A stretch of DNA of 64,000 bases from a virus: positions 1-64,000 of the IMG/VR virus record IMGVR_UViG_3300017971_000265; one strand, written 5' to 3'. The notes under the pieces were generated by a model. That model made no database searches and had not been told where the DNA came from. It worked only from the letters and a program-made list of their open reading frames with translations. Positions within the stretch are counted from its first letter, which is position 1. Every line of letters starts with the position of its first letter. Made by a program: the position numbers and the translations under genes. Below are positions 46,685-56,820 of the stretch, in pieces.

Positions 46685-47427
46685 TGTCGATGATCAGGAA
46701 CGAGCAGGTAGGAGACGTCTTTTTACGAGAGTTTGATCTCGGCATGGTCCTGACTCTTGGTGCTGTAGAAATTGGTCAGCGGTATTATTTGCCTACAGAG
46801 AAGGTTCCGGGAGTAAAGCCTCCGAAGTTTTCTGAGTTCTATGGTAATACCAGTGAGGTTGGGCAAACGATGCCTGGTATTCCCATTATTTATGCGAATC
46901 CTTCTACTGCTGTTCAGAGATATCTCTTGCCGTGCATCAGAATTCGGCGGGAAGATCCCAGTCCTGCCTTAGAGCGCTGGTTGAGTATCCACTATAAATA
47001 TCGTAGACCTGCTCCGGGGGAGCCGGAAATTGATGTTCAGTATCGTAAGAGGACATTGACTGGATATAAAAAATATGAACAGCAAGAGGGCGGCTATACC
47101 TATGATATTCCCTATACTATTACGGTAGAGGCAGCGGGCAAGGGTGCGCGTACAAAAGCGCATGTCATGCTGCTTCACTGTATGCGTATTTTTGGACCGC
47201 ATGGAACAGTTCGAGTTGTCGACTCGTTGGGGAACGAACGTAAATATTGGGTATTTGGAGAAGGGCCGAGTGATCTTTCGGTTGCCACAGATATTAGGGA
47301 TCGCACGATTATTTATGCTCTTTCTCTGCGTGTTCAGGCCGAACTGGACTTGCGCTTGCCCGTTACGAACCGTGCCATGACGTCAGAGCCCACAATAAAT
47401 ATGCATGACATGGAAGACTTGGGCTAG
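46684..47427 (+). CDS. Putative tail terminator/sheath stabiliser
   Basis: LP.I.I.R and YDIPYTI pattern; lies before the sheath gene. Confidence 0.5.
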   Translation: MSMIRNEQVGDVFLREFDLGMVLTLGAVEIGQRYYLPTEKVPGVKPPKFSEFYGNTSEVGQTMPGIPIIYANPSTAVQRYLLPCIRIRREDPSPALERWLSIHYKYRRPAPGEPEIDVQYRKRTLTGYKKYEQQEGGYTYDIPYTITVEAAGKGARTKAHVMLLHCMRIFGPHGTVRVVDSLGNERKYWVFGEGPSDLSVATDIRDRTIIYALSLRVQAELDLRLPVTNRAMTSEPTINMHDMEDLG

Positions 47428-47438
47428 AGAGGTGAGAC

Positions 47439-47918
47439 ATGAAAAAGTATCGAAATGTGTCAAAAGGACCATTGCCGATAGATTTGGGATCGAAAGTTAT
47501 CTCAGTTCCTGGCAAGGGTTTTTTTACTGTTGATGAGAGTGATGCTAATTCGCCTGGTCTGTTGCGAAGACTGAGACGGAAGCAGGTAACTTTCATCGAA
47601 GATGTCGGGGTACGGGTTGAGGCTCTGCAAGTTCCAACTGTGCCCAAAGATGAGATTGTGACGAAGCCGAGTGAAAAACCAAAATCTCTTGAAAAAACGG
47701 ATATTAAGCCATTTATGACGTCAATAGATGAAAAATCTGATGATGAAAAAGATGGCGATACATTGACAAGTACGTCTAAAATGGTGGAATCAAAAGACGA
47801 TGGTGCCGTTTCTGACGACAAAGAGGAAGCGAAAAACGAACGGAACAAATCTGCCAAGCCTGCAAAAAAGAGTAGGCGAGCCAGAAAGAAGACCAAAGGC
47901 ATCTCGGGATCTGAATAA
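47439..47918 (+). CDS. Hypothetical protein with charged, disordered C-terminus
   Basis: GAGGTG RBS; pre-sheath position. Confidence 0.65.
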   Translation: MKKYRNVSKGPLPIDLGSKVISVPGKGFFTVDESDANSPGLLRRLRRKQVTFIEDVGVRVEALQVPTVPKDEIVTKPSEKPKSLEKTDIKPFMTSIDEKSDDEKDGDTLTSTSKMVESKDDGAVSDDKEEAKNERNKSAKPAKKSRRARKKTKGISGSE

Positions 47919-47953
47919 TATGGCCCGGAGCTTGAGAAGAGGAGGACAGTAAA

Positions 47954-50098
47954 ATGGGTGAATACCTGAGTCCTGGACTGTTTCTGATAGAGAGGTCTGC
48001 GAGCGCAGGGGCAATCGCTGGTGTTTCTACGTCTACCTATGCTACGGCAGGGTGGCTTAGGAAGGGGCCGGAGAATGAACCGCAGCTCGTGACCACTTTT
48101 GATAGGTTCGTAGAGATATTCGGAACGTATTGGAGGAATAGTAATATTCCGTTCATGATGGCTGCGTTTTTTCAAAATGAGGGAACGCGAGCATATGTGA
48201 CACGTGTAGTTCCGAGTGATGCAATAGCGGCGACGAATGCATCAGATCTGGATGATGCTGCTACTCCGGCATCTTTTTTTGGTCGTCCCCTAGCTTCCAC
48301 TGTTGATCTGAGTACCGATAGTTATATCGCTGTAAAGATCAGCGGTGCTGCGGCTACAGAAATCGATTGTGCAGGTGCGGTTCCAGCGAGCACTACCCCC
48401 ACAGAAATTGCATCGGCTATTGACGCGATAGCGGGCATTAGTTGTTCAGTAGGCACTGGCAATCGAATTGAAATTGTCACAGATGATACTGGTGCTACCG
48501 CGAGTCTTGAGTTCGAAGATGCAACAGCCAATGATGCAACGGCTGTGATTCTCGGCTTGGACGTCTCAAACGATCAGACTTACCTGTACGAAGGTGAGGA
48601 TGCATCGGACTGGACGCTTACCTCGCCTTGGAAAGGCACTTTTTACAATCAGGTTCGCATGTGTCTCTCGGGCAACAATGATTATGAGGGGGACAATGGA
48701 GGTTGGACCAGGTTTGATGTTTCGATTCAGAGCGAATCGGCAGTTGGCGAGGCCGATTGGCAGGTAGAGGAGACATATGACGAGGTGGTTCTTGATGACG
48801 ATACGGATGAGCATTTCATTGAAGATGTCGTCAATGGTGAGACCAACTTCTCTCAAATCACGAAGGGATCTGATTACAACATTCCAAGATCGTTGAGAGC
48901 TACGAAGCGATTAGCTGAGTTCTTGGGTGAAGGTGATGCGGCGGAGACTTCCTTTTCCGGCACTATTCGCAATCCAGAGGTGAGGTTTGGAACGGTTTCG
49001 GTTCAGGCTGGTACTGTGACAGGTACGGACGATAGCGACGGAGCTATCACGGGCACAGGGATTGTCAGCGGCACCATCAACTATACGACAGGAGCTTGGA
49101 CGCTTGAATTTTCGGCTGCGCCAGCCGATGGGACTCCGATCATGATGACATATTGGTCCGAGCCCGATGAGACCGAAGTCTGTGGTCAACTCTCGGGAGG
49201 AACAGACGGAACTGGGCCGTTGACACGTGGGGACGTCACAGATCCCACTTTGCAAGCGAGCAAGACTGGTCTTTACTCCTTTGATGATCTCGATGAGATC
49301 TTGAACATTTCAATGCCAGATTTTGCAGGGAATGTGACAGTAAGCAATGATCTCATTGCGTATGCTGAGACGAACAAGAACCGTTTCGCCATTTTGACCA
49401 CCGAGGCGGGACTGGAGCCGACCGATGCGGTCAAGTTTGTGAGGAATACGGCTGCTTACAACACGAGTTATGGCGCTCTCTACTATCCCTGGGTTAAGAT
49501 TTACGATCCGATAGCTGACGATGGTCGCAACCTCGATGTACCTCCCGATGGATTTATCGCGGGAGTGTTTGCACGGACAGATACCAACAGGAATGTTGGC
49601 AAGGCTCCTGCGGGCATTACCGATGGTAGACTCAATGGAGCGACTGGGCTAGAGCGTATTCTATCCAAGGGCGAGCGGGATATTTTGTATCCGGCACGTA
49701 TCAATCCGTTAGTGTCTACCGTTCAGACTGGTCGAGCCGTGTGGGGAGCGAAAACTCTTAGTAAGGATGCGGAATGGATCAATGTTAACATTCGACGTCT
49801 CTTCATGTTCTGTGAGCAGAGCGTGTATAACAATTCGTTCTGGGCCGTCTTTGAGAACAATGGGCCGGGCCTTTGGGCTCGAATCAAGGCGCAGGGAGAT
49901 GGCTTTTTCCAAGGATTGCTCAGGGATGGGTATCTGAAGGGAGCTACGCAGGCCGAGGCTTGGTTTATCAAGGTGGATGAGGAGAACAACCCGCAGGCCA
50001 GTATTGATGCTGGGTTGCTTACGGTGGACTACTACATTGCTGGGAATAAACCAGCGGAATTTATCCGGTTGAGATTTCAGCAAAAGGTTGCTTCATAG
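47954..50098 (+). CDS. Tail sheath protein
   Basis: YLSPGLFLIE, FFQNEG...YVTRV, ALYYPWV, KAPAG, VWGAKTL, NIRRL, PAEFI. Confidence 0.95.
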   Translation: MGEYLSPGLFLIERSASAGAIAGVSTSTYATAGWLRKGPENEPQLVTTFDRFVEIFGTYWRNSNIPFMMAAFFQNEGTRAYVTRVVPSDAIAATNASDLDDAATPASFFGRPLASTVDLSTDSYIAVKISGAAATEIDCAGAVPASTTPTEIASAIDAIAGISCSVGTGNRIEIVTDDTGATASLEFEDATANDATAVILGLDVSNDQTYLYEGEDASDWTLTSPWKGTFYNQVRMCLSGNNDYEGDNGGWTRFDVSIQSESAVGEADWQVEETYDEVVLDDDTDEHFIEDVVNGETNFSQITKGSDYNIPRSLRATKRLAEFLGEGDAAETSFSGTIRNPEVRFGTVSVQAGTVTGTDDSDGAITGTGIVSGTINYTTGAWTLEFSAAPADGTPIMMTYWSEPDETEVCGQLSGGTDGTGPLTRGDVTDPTLQASKTGLYSFDDLDEILNISMPDFAGNVTVSNDLIAYAETNKNRFAILTTEAGLEPTDAVKFVRNTAAYNTSYGALYYPWVKIYDPIADDGRNLDVPPDGFIAGVFARTDTNRNVGKAPAGITDGRLNGATGLERILSKGERDILYPARINPLVSTVQTGRAVWGAKTLSKDAEWINVNIRRLFMFCEQSVYNNSFWAVFENNGPGLWARIKAQGDGFFQGLLRDGYLKGATQAEAWFIKVDEENNPQASIDAGLLTVDYYIAGNKPAEFIRLRFQQKVAS

Positions 50099-50126
50099 TT
50101 TGTCGAGAACGTAAGGAGGATAGGTT

Positions 50127-50636
50127 ATGACGGTAAGGTCAGTAGCACAAGACGAGATTCAGAGTTTTCGCTTTCGAGTCTTTGAGATAGACGGTGGAGC
50201 AGGGGTGTTTGACAATGAAAATCCAGTTGCTGGATTTAATACGGTCACTACTCCAAACCTCACCTTTGAAACAGCGGAGCATCGAACGGGATCTCGCAAA
50301 TATGCGCGGAAGTTTCTTGGACCCCCCACGTGGGAAGCTGGAACGATGACGCGAGGCATCTTGAGAGGTGATACGACGTTTTACGACTGGGCGATTGACA
50401 AATATTTGGGTCGCAAGCCGTTTCGTACCGATCTGGAGATTCGAGTCTATGATCAGGAGGAGGACGGATCAGATGTGGCGAACGACGAGGCTGTTCGATC
50501 TGAGATTTGGAGACAGTGTATTCCATCGAGTGTCAAGCCGATGGGAGACCTCGATGCGTCGGCTACAGACGTCAACATGCAGGAAATTACGGTTGAGGTT
50601 GAAGAAGTAGAGTTGACAACCAAGCCTTCTGCCTAA
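50127..50636 (+). CDS. Tail tube protein (gp19-like)
   Basis: FRFRV, AGF..V..P, TMTRG...FYDW, LDA....V..QEIT. Confidence 0.85.
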   Translation: MTVRSVAQDEIQSFRFRVFEIDGGAGVFDNENPVAGFNTVTTPNLTFETAEHRTGSRKYARKFLGPPTWEAGTMTRGILRGDTTFYDWAIDKYLGRKPFRTDLEIRVYDQEEDGSDVANDEAVRSEIWRQCIPSSVKPMGDLDASATDVNMQEITVEVEEVELTTKPSA

Positions 50637-51344
50637 ATGTCTCGCAGTATTTTTAGCGATGAACTTCGAGTTCACCAATTCCATCTTATAGATGTAGATC
50701 CATCTTTTTCTTTCCCTCCCTTTGTATTAGTTCCCAATGTAGGTTTTTCTTCAATCACCATACCTGAGATTTCTATCGAGACAGAGGAGATCCAGGAGGG
50801 AACTAGTGATTTTGTTCATCACGTGTTAAAAAAAGCTTCTACCAATACTATTACTCTTTCGAGAGGATCGACTCCTTTTAATAGTGATTTTTGGCGATGG
50901 ACCATGGCGTGTGTCAAGGGGACTAGCGCTTCAGGCAAAGAAAGCGTGGCCGGATTTTTAACTCAGGCGTCAACGCTTGGTTTGTTTGGCGATATCAAAA
51001 TTCCTGGCAAGCGCAGGAATATGATCTTGTTACATCTGACTGGGCTTTCTGCAGAGGGTCTTTTAGAGGCTATGGATTCAGCGAGGGGGCTGGATATGGC
51101 GAGGGGATTAGCGCTCCTCCCCTATGCTGGCTTGTCCGAAGCTTCAGGGTTGCAGTCGTCACTGACACAGGGGCTTTTAGATCTGGGGATTACTTCTATA
51201 CCAGGTAAAGCCTATATGCTGTTTGGATGCTTGCCGACCCGGTATAAACCAGGTAGTGATTTTGATGCAGATACAACAGCCGTAAGTATTGAGGAGTTAG
51301 ATTTGGCATATTCTCATTTTGAGCAATTTGGAGTGGGGGCATAG
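50637..51344 (+). CDS. Second tail-tube-like protein
   Basis: GFSSITIPE, EG, ITLSRG...FWRW, FDA....VSIEELDL. Confidence 0.75.
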   Translation: MSRSIFSDELRVHQFHLIDVDPSFSFPPFVLVPNVGFSSITIPEISIETEEIQEGTSDFVHHVLKKASTNTITLSRGSTPFNSDFWRWTMACVKGTSASGKESVAGFLTQASTLGLFGDIKIPGKRRNMILLHLTGLSAEGLLEAMDSARGLDMARGLALLPYAGLSEASGLQSSLTQGLLDLGITSIPGKAYMLFGCLPTRYKPGSDFDADTTAVSIEELDLAYSHFEQFGVGA

Positions 51345-51542
51345 ATGGGACTACGGAAAAGAGCATATCTCGCAGAAATCACCACATCGGGCGCTGTGCC
51401 CCCTCTTGTTAAGCCCTTTGCCGTCTACCGAAGAGCTTTTCCAACGACGCTGAGCGGCATTGTGGACAAGCTGACGCGATCTAAGAAACGGTTGGCCAAG
51501 AAATTCTCCAAAATGGGGCCTCCTCTTCCTCCCAAGGTTTGA
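51345..51542 (+). CDS. Small basic protein, class-A leader
   Basis: MGLRKRAYLAEI. Confidence 0.65.
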   Translation: MGLRKRAYLAEITTSGAVPPLVKPFAVYRRAFPTTLSGIVDKLTRSKKRLAKKFSKMGPPLPPKV

Positions 51543-51565
51543 TTGATTTTTTTTAAAACAATTCC

Positions 51566-51595
51566 TTGATCCACCTTGTTGACGTCTAGTATACT
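51566..51595 (+). promoter_or_regulatory. Possible sigma70-type promoter TTGATC-N18-TATACT
   Basis: In an AT-rich gap upstream of the RHH gene. Confidence 0.4.
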
Positions 51596-51635
51596 TCTGT
51601 CATCACCCAAGGATACAGACAAAGGAGGATACAAG

Positions 51636-51827
51636 ATGGGGCAGGATCAAGAGGTAAAATCTAATAGGAATAGCAAGGTGAGAGTGAATATGTGGTTGCC
51701 CCGGCACCAACATGATGAACTCAAACAGTTAGCTGAGTATGAGGGCAGGAGTGTGAGCGATATTATTCGACAGCTCATAGCGTCCTATCTCAGGGATAGT
51801 AGTTCTGTTGAAAAAGGAGGGCGATGA
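51636..51827 (+). CDS. Ribbon-helix-helix (CopG/Arc-like) regulator
   Basis: RVNMWLP....DELKQLA..EGRSVSDIIRQLI; AGGAGG RBS. Confidence 0.85.
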   Translation: MGQDQEVKSNRNSKVRVNMWLPRHQHDELKQLAEYEGRSVSDIIRQLIASYLRDSSSVEKGGR

Positions 51828-52633
51828 TGTCGGTTCTGGATACTAAGACAATTGATGATGCGAAGGTTCCCAGTATTGAGGCAAAACTGCCTCGTGGCTA
51901 TCTGTTACAGGATAGCGATGGGGTGCATGTACTAGGTACTGCTATTTTGCGAGAGATGAGCGGTTTGGAAGAGGACATTATAGCCGATGACAAGGTATCT
52001 TTTACTAAGCGAATGCATCGGCTCGTGGGGAGTTGTTTGACGTCTCTTTCCGATGATGAGGGGCATTCGATTGTTGATCGATCAGCATTAATCAAAGCTG
52101 CTCCTCAGATGCTCATGTCGGATCTGTTGGTTTGTGCTCTTCGTATCAGAGAGGTAACTGTTGGTGACGAGTTGAGACAAATAGTGAAATGTCCAAATTG
52201 TACAACCGATGATGGACAGCCTTTCTCATGGACGGTACGGCTAAGCCTGTCTGATTTTAAAGCTCTTCCAGCCGAGGGTGATCTGACTAAGGCGGTGAGG
52301 GAGTATACGACAAGCAGGGGGACACGTATCACGTGGGCCATGATGACTGGCGATATGGAGTTGACGCATGAGAAGAAGAAAACGTCGAAAAATAAAGCGA
52401 CGGCTGCGCTTCTGATTCGTGTCCAGACGGTAAACGATGAGCCCGCTACGATAGAGAATTTGCAAGCACTTTCATATAAGGAACGTGTCGAGATCAGGAA
52501 GCTATTTGACCAGGAGGGCGGGATAGAGACAGAGTTTGATGTTATATGTAGAGAATGTGAACATGAATTTAGGGTGCTTCTCGCAATTGGAGGTGTCAAT
52601 TTTTTCGCCCCTTCGGAGACGTCAGAAGACTAG
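51824..52633 (+). CDS. Tail assembly chaperone / hub assembly protein
   Basis: LREMSG.EEDI and two CxxC motifs; between tube and tape measure. Confidence 0.7.
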   Translation: MMSVLDTKTIDDAKVPSIEAKLPRGYLLQDSDGVHVLGTAILREMSGLEEDIIADDKVSFTKRMHRLVGSCLTSLSDDEGHSIVDRSALIKAAPQMLMSDLLVCALRIREVTVGDELRQIVKCPNCTTDDGQPFSWTVRLSLSDFKALPAEGDLTKAVREYTTSRGTRITWAMMTGDMELTHEKKKTSKNKATAALLIRVQTVNDEPATIENLQALSYKERVEIRKLFDQEGGIETEFDVICRECEHEFRVLLAIGGVNFFAPSETSED

Positions 52634-52764
52634 AGAAGGAAGTGTTTTATATGATGAGCGAATTACATCTTCCTTATGAAAGTGCGATGTCAATGCCGTC
52701 TTCGCGTAGACACAGAGCGATCCAGGAACATCTCGAATACATAGCGAGATTGAATAAATCATAG
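52600..52764 (+). CDS. -1 frameshift extension of the tail chaperone (G/GT-like)
   Basis: Slippery T TTT TTC at 52600-52606; the -1 frame is open as FRPFGDVRRLEKEVFYMMSELHLPYESAMSMPSSRR...KS*. Confidence 0.7.
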   Translation, partial: FFRPFGDVRRLEKEVFYMMSELHLPYESAMSMPSSRRHRAIQEHLEYIARLNKS

Positions 52765-52839
52765 TAAGGAGAAGGCCATGTTGAGAAAAAAGTGGATGTT
52801 GCCAGTGGTTAGGAATTGTTGTGCCGGTAGCTGTTTCAG

Positions 52840-53205
52840 ATGAAGCTTTTTCTCTTCTTGTCTATAGGTTTTTCGATTACCAATGCGGTGGTTTTTCTCC
52901 ACGTTTTTCATTGGTTGAGGAGGGCCGTTTCGGGCCTATCCGATCATGATTTTTACGAGATGGTACAGAAGAAGAGAGGGCGTAGTGTTGGGTTTCGTAC
53001 CTCATATCTGGGTCGCCTAGTGAGATGCCATGCCTGTGTAGGGTTTTGGATCGGTGTTTTCTTGTCACTTATCTCTGGTAGTTTTATAAATGAATATATG
53101 TCTTTGTCATTTCCGATAGACGTCGTTGCAGATGGGCTCTTAATGTCTGGATTCAATTTCGTTGTTTGGGTAATATTGAAAAGGCACGGAGCAACGGAGT
53201 TATAG
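52840..53205 (+). CDS. Membrane protein, DUF1360-like
   Basis: Hydrophobic helices; LVRCHACVGFWIG. Confidence 0.6.
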   Translation: MKLFLFLSIGFSITNAVVFLHVFHWLRRAVSGLSDHDFYEMVQKKRGRSVGFRTSYLGRLVRCHACVGFWIGVFLSLISGSFINEYMSLSFPIDVVADGLLMSGFNFVVWVILKRHGATEL

Positions 53206-56200
53206 ATGGCACGTAATTTTGAAGGGCTCGGAATTGGTATTGAGGCCGAAGACGACGGGTCGGAAAAGAAATTACAGGGCCTATCTGATACGGTTAATAA
53301 CCTGTGGGGTGGTTTGAAGAAAGCTAGTGGGTTAGCTCCTACTCTGGGACGTAAGCTTGGACGGGGATTGGGACGGATGGGGCAGCAGGGAGCGAAGACG
53401 GTTGGGCTCGTCACTACGGCGATTGGGGGGATGATCGATAAGGCGATGAGTCCCGAGTTGGACACCGCATATTCATCGATGTTTACTGGTTTCAACAAGT
53501 CGTTTTCAGCGATGGTTGCGGGGATGAAGATTTCTGAGAAAGAGATGAAGGAGGCACGCAAGATCATTGGGGGTGCAGCATTTGGTATGGCCGAAGATAT
53601 GGAGGGGACTGCAAAGAGTTGGGCAGCCTTTCGGCAACAAAATGTCGATCTTATCAAGGTGTTGGGAGCAGATGGATTAAGTGGGGCAGTTAAGGATCTA
53701 ATCAAGGTGACGTCTGTATTTGATATGGAGGGGGAGCAGCTTGCTATCATAGCTGGCGGGTTAACAAAGGGGTTTGGTTTTACCGAGGAGGCAGTGGGTA
53801 GTCTGGCCGATAAGATAGTTGCGGTAGGTCGTGAATTCAATATTGGACGAGAGGCCCTTCAGGCATGGCCCGCCATCTTTGAATCCATAAACAATGAGAT
53901 GGCTGCGTTTGGAAAGCAGCTTAGTCCAGAAGAGGTAGAGAATCTAACCCTGTCTATTGTTCAACTAGGTGGTGGGTTACAGGAGTCTCTTGGTGTAGGA
54001 GCGCAACAGAGCTTAGAGATTGCGCGTACACTGTTTACTACCTTGATTGGAGAGCGAAAAAATATTCATCAGATGTTCGTTGGGATGGGTGGAGAATTTG
54101 GAGAAGTGGCCAAAAATCTGATGGAGACGGGAGGAGACGTCAATAAGGTTTTTGAAATGATAACCAAGGGCGATCCTCTTAAGTTTATGGATATGTTGAG
54201 GGAGATGGGAAGAGAGGCTAAGGCAAGGGGGGGAGAGACGGGAATTGCATTTGAGCGCATGGCTCATGTGATGGATAGTGCATTAGGTGCTGATGTAGCC
54301 TGGGCCGTGAAGGGGAATTGGGACAAGGTGAGTGAGACGATGGCCAATATGCCCGGTGTAATTGCTGGAGCTAAGGGCACCCTAAAGGAAGTGGCTGATG
54401 CTCACTGGAAATCGACTATTACGGCGGGGGAAGCTTGGGATCGGATGATGCAGACTATGAAGGCTCAGCTTTTTAGGTTGAGTAATAAAGAAATTCGGGC
54501 TTGGCAAAAGAACATGAAGCGGGGTTTTAAGACTACGTTTGGAGTAATTAGTGATTTTGCCAAAGACAAAGGTCCGCTTGGCGAATTAACGAGAAGACTG
54601 CTTGCTGTGCAGCGCGTAGGTCTTTCTGCACTTATTCCGGGCCTCAGTTCTTTGGCTCCACTATTAGGAGGTATCGCAACGAGTGCATTGCCCGTTCTGA
54701 CAGCTTTGGGGGCGATGGGAATGAGGTTTAGTGATCTGGGTAAGTTTGCAATTGCCGGTGGTGGATTATGGTTAGTTTTCAAGTTGCTGACTGATGGTCC
54801 AGACAAAGTTATTGAACAGTTCTCGAATATGAAAGAAAAAATTAAGGAAGTTTTTGAGAAGCGATTTATCGACAATAAAAAATTCAAAAAGAATTTTCCC
54901 GATACGCATGCATGGTTAAAAAGTACCTATGAAGATATTCAGACCAAAGGGTTGATACAGGTAATTAAGGATAAGTTCAAAGAGATAAAATGGGGCGAAT
55001 TATGGGGGACCGTGTGGGGAACGAGCGAACAAGTCCTTCGTAGTATAGGAAAGTTTTTGGCAGACGTCGATTGGGCCGGTATTGTCAAAACTGCTTTTAC
55101 ATATATTGGTAGAGGTATATCTGCACTTGGGGGTGCGATCTGGGGATCGATATTTGGCGAGGAAGCAGAACAAGGTGCGGTCGGATCAATACAGCGTTTG
55201 TTAGAAGATGCCTTTAGGGGAGCAATAGATATTGTTAAAAAGACAGTGAAGGGAGCCATAACTGGTCTGTGGGAATCTGTTTTTGATCCCGAATCTATCA
55301 GTGGAACGCTGAAGAATGTTGTTAAATTAGTAACGGGGACGTTTGCTACGCTTCTTGTTTTGTCCAAATCTTTTCGTGCCAAAATGATGGGTATTGCTGG
55401 GAGCGGTATTAGTAGAGTAATGACGCCACCGATGGGAGGGGCCGGAGCCTTTTTTGGGGGTGTCCCCCTGTCTGGTCTAGGCGTAGGAGCAGCGGGAAAG
55501 GGTATGTTGGGTGCGGGAAAGGCAGGGCTTGGTAAAGCATTGGGAGGGGCGAAGGCGGTTGGTAAAATGATGGCTCCTATCGGTGCTTTGATGGGAGCTA
55601 TGGAAGCTGCTAATCAAGTCTCTATTAGGGCGCAGACTATTTCTGAAATATCCACTTCAAAAATACTTTCTGATCAAGAAAAGATGGCGCTTAAGAGCGA
55701 GGAAGCATTTAAGGGGGTGACGTCTACTATTGATTCTATGTTTATGGGCCTCCCCTCTTTAATAGGGAGGATGTTGGGTATTTCAAGCGACGATCTGAGT
55801 GATTTTTATCAACACACTGTTGCTACTGTTGAGGCGCAAATTAGTACGATTGTTGGGTTTTTTGGGTTCTTGAAAGATGCTGCTTGGGATTCTTTCAAAT
55901 GGGTAGGATCAAAATTGACGCAGCTTTGGGTGTGGATTGGTGAAAAGGTCAATAGCGGTCTTGGGTATGTTGTAGGTAAGATCTATGATTTTGGTGAGAT
56001 GGTTCATAAGGGGATGAGCAAATTAGCGAGCTGGATAATGTATCCATTTGAATGGCTCGGATTCAAACTGAAAGGCTGGATTGCGGAAGTTATTGAGGGC
56101 ATGTTTGGAACAGAGCAAGCTCCTACATGGCTTGGTGATATTGTTAAAAAGTTTGGTGATGAGGAAACTTTTGCCAAAATTTCTGATACGGTTAAACAAC

Positions 56201-56820
56201 TACGCAAAGAACAGCGTCAATTCTTGGGAGGAGAAAAAACTTTTACGGATGCCTATGAAAAAAAAATGAAGGCGTCCGATGAAGAGACACATGATCTTTG
56301 GGAAGGTATGAGAGAAACGGCAACGTTTATTTCTGATACTGTCGAGGGTGGGCTTGGTAAGGCTGGAAAAGCAGCTGAAGATATTGCTGATAAATCGGCA
56401 GCTAATTTAGGGGGGGCATGGAGCAAGTTTACAGGAGATGTCGTCGAGTATAGTTCGGCTTCCTATGCCGAGGCTGATAAGGCGATAAGAGCTAGGGCTA
56501 AACATGCGAGGGGGCAAACTAGGATGACTGCGACTGAGGAGGTGGAAGAAACAGCGGCGAAACCGAAGGGGGGGGGGAGAAATATACCTAGTGCTGAGGA
56601 AAGAGCAAAGAGGAAGCAGGAGAAGAAGGATGCGGTAGCATTGGAGGAAGTGATTCGTAAACAAGAAGGTATAGCCGAAGATTTGGGAAGGTTTATTAAG
56701 ACTCCAATTGTGATAGAGAATTATCTAAAAGTGGATAAAAAAGTCTTGGCCAAAAGTGTTGATCAGGTTTCATTGTCAGGGGCTGCTAGAAGTGGCAGAG
56801 CGGTAGGAGGGGTGAAATGA
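53206..56820 (+). CDS. Tape measure protein
   Basis: 1204 aa, A/G-rich helical with periodic W/F; after the chaperone and before the baseplate. Confidence 0.85.
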   Translation: MARNFEGLGIGIEAEDDGSEKKLQGLSDTVNNLWGGLKKASGLAPTLGRKLGRGLGRMGQQGAKTVGLVTTAIGGMIDKAMSPELDTAYSSMFTGFNKSFSAMVAGMKISEKEMKEARKIIGGAAFGMAEDMEGTAKSWAAFRQQNVDLIKVLGADGLSGAVKDLIKVTSVFDMEGEQLAIIAGGLTKGFGFTEEAVGSLADKIVAVGREFNIGREALQAWPAIFESINNEMAAFGKQLSPEEVENLTLSIVQLGGGLQESLGVGAQQSLEIARTLFTTLIGERKNIHQMFVGMGGEFGEVAKNLMETGGDVNKVFEMITKGDPLKFMDMLREMGREAKARGGETGIAFERMAHVMDSALGADVAWAVKGNWDKVSETMANMPGVIAGAKGTLKEVADAHWKSTITAGEAWDRMMQTMKAQLFRLSNKEIRAWQKNMKRGFKTTFGVISDFAKDKGPLGELTRRLLAVQRVGLSALIPGLSSLAPLLGGIATSALPVLTALGAMGMRFSDLGKFAIAGGGLWLVFKLLTDGPDKVIEQFSNMKEKIKEVFEKRFIDNKKFKKNFPDTHAWLKSTYEDIQTKGLIQVIKDKFKEIKWGELWGTVWGTSEQVLRSIGKFLADVDWAGIVKTAFTYIGRGISALGGAIWGSIFGEEAEQGAVGSIQRLLEDAFRGAIDIVKKTVKGAITGLWESVFDPESISGTLKNVVKLVTGTFATLLVLSKSFRAKMMGIAGSGISRVMTPPMGGAGAFFGGVPLSGLGVGAAGKGMLGAGKAGLGKALGGAKAVGKMMAPIGALMGAMEAANQVSIRAQTISEISTSKILSDQEKMALKSEEAFKGVTSTIDSMFMGLPSLIGRMLGISSDDLSDFYQHTVATVEAQISTIVGFFGFLKDAAWDSFKWVGSKLTQLWVWIGEKVNSGLGYVVGKIYDFGEMVHKGMSKLASWIMYPFEWLGFKLKGWIAEVIEGMFGTEQAPTWLGDIVKKFGDEETFAKISDTVKQLRKEQRQFLGGEKTFTDAYEKKMKASDEETHDLWEGMRETATFISDTVEGGLGKAGKAAEDIADKSAANLGGAWSKFTGDVVEYSSASYAEADKAIRARAKHARGQTRMTATEEVEETAAKPKGGGRNIPSAEERAKRKQEKKDAVALEEVIRKQEGIAEDLGRFIKTPIVIENYLKVDKKVLAKSVDQVSLSGAARSGRAVGGVK

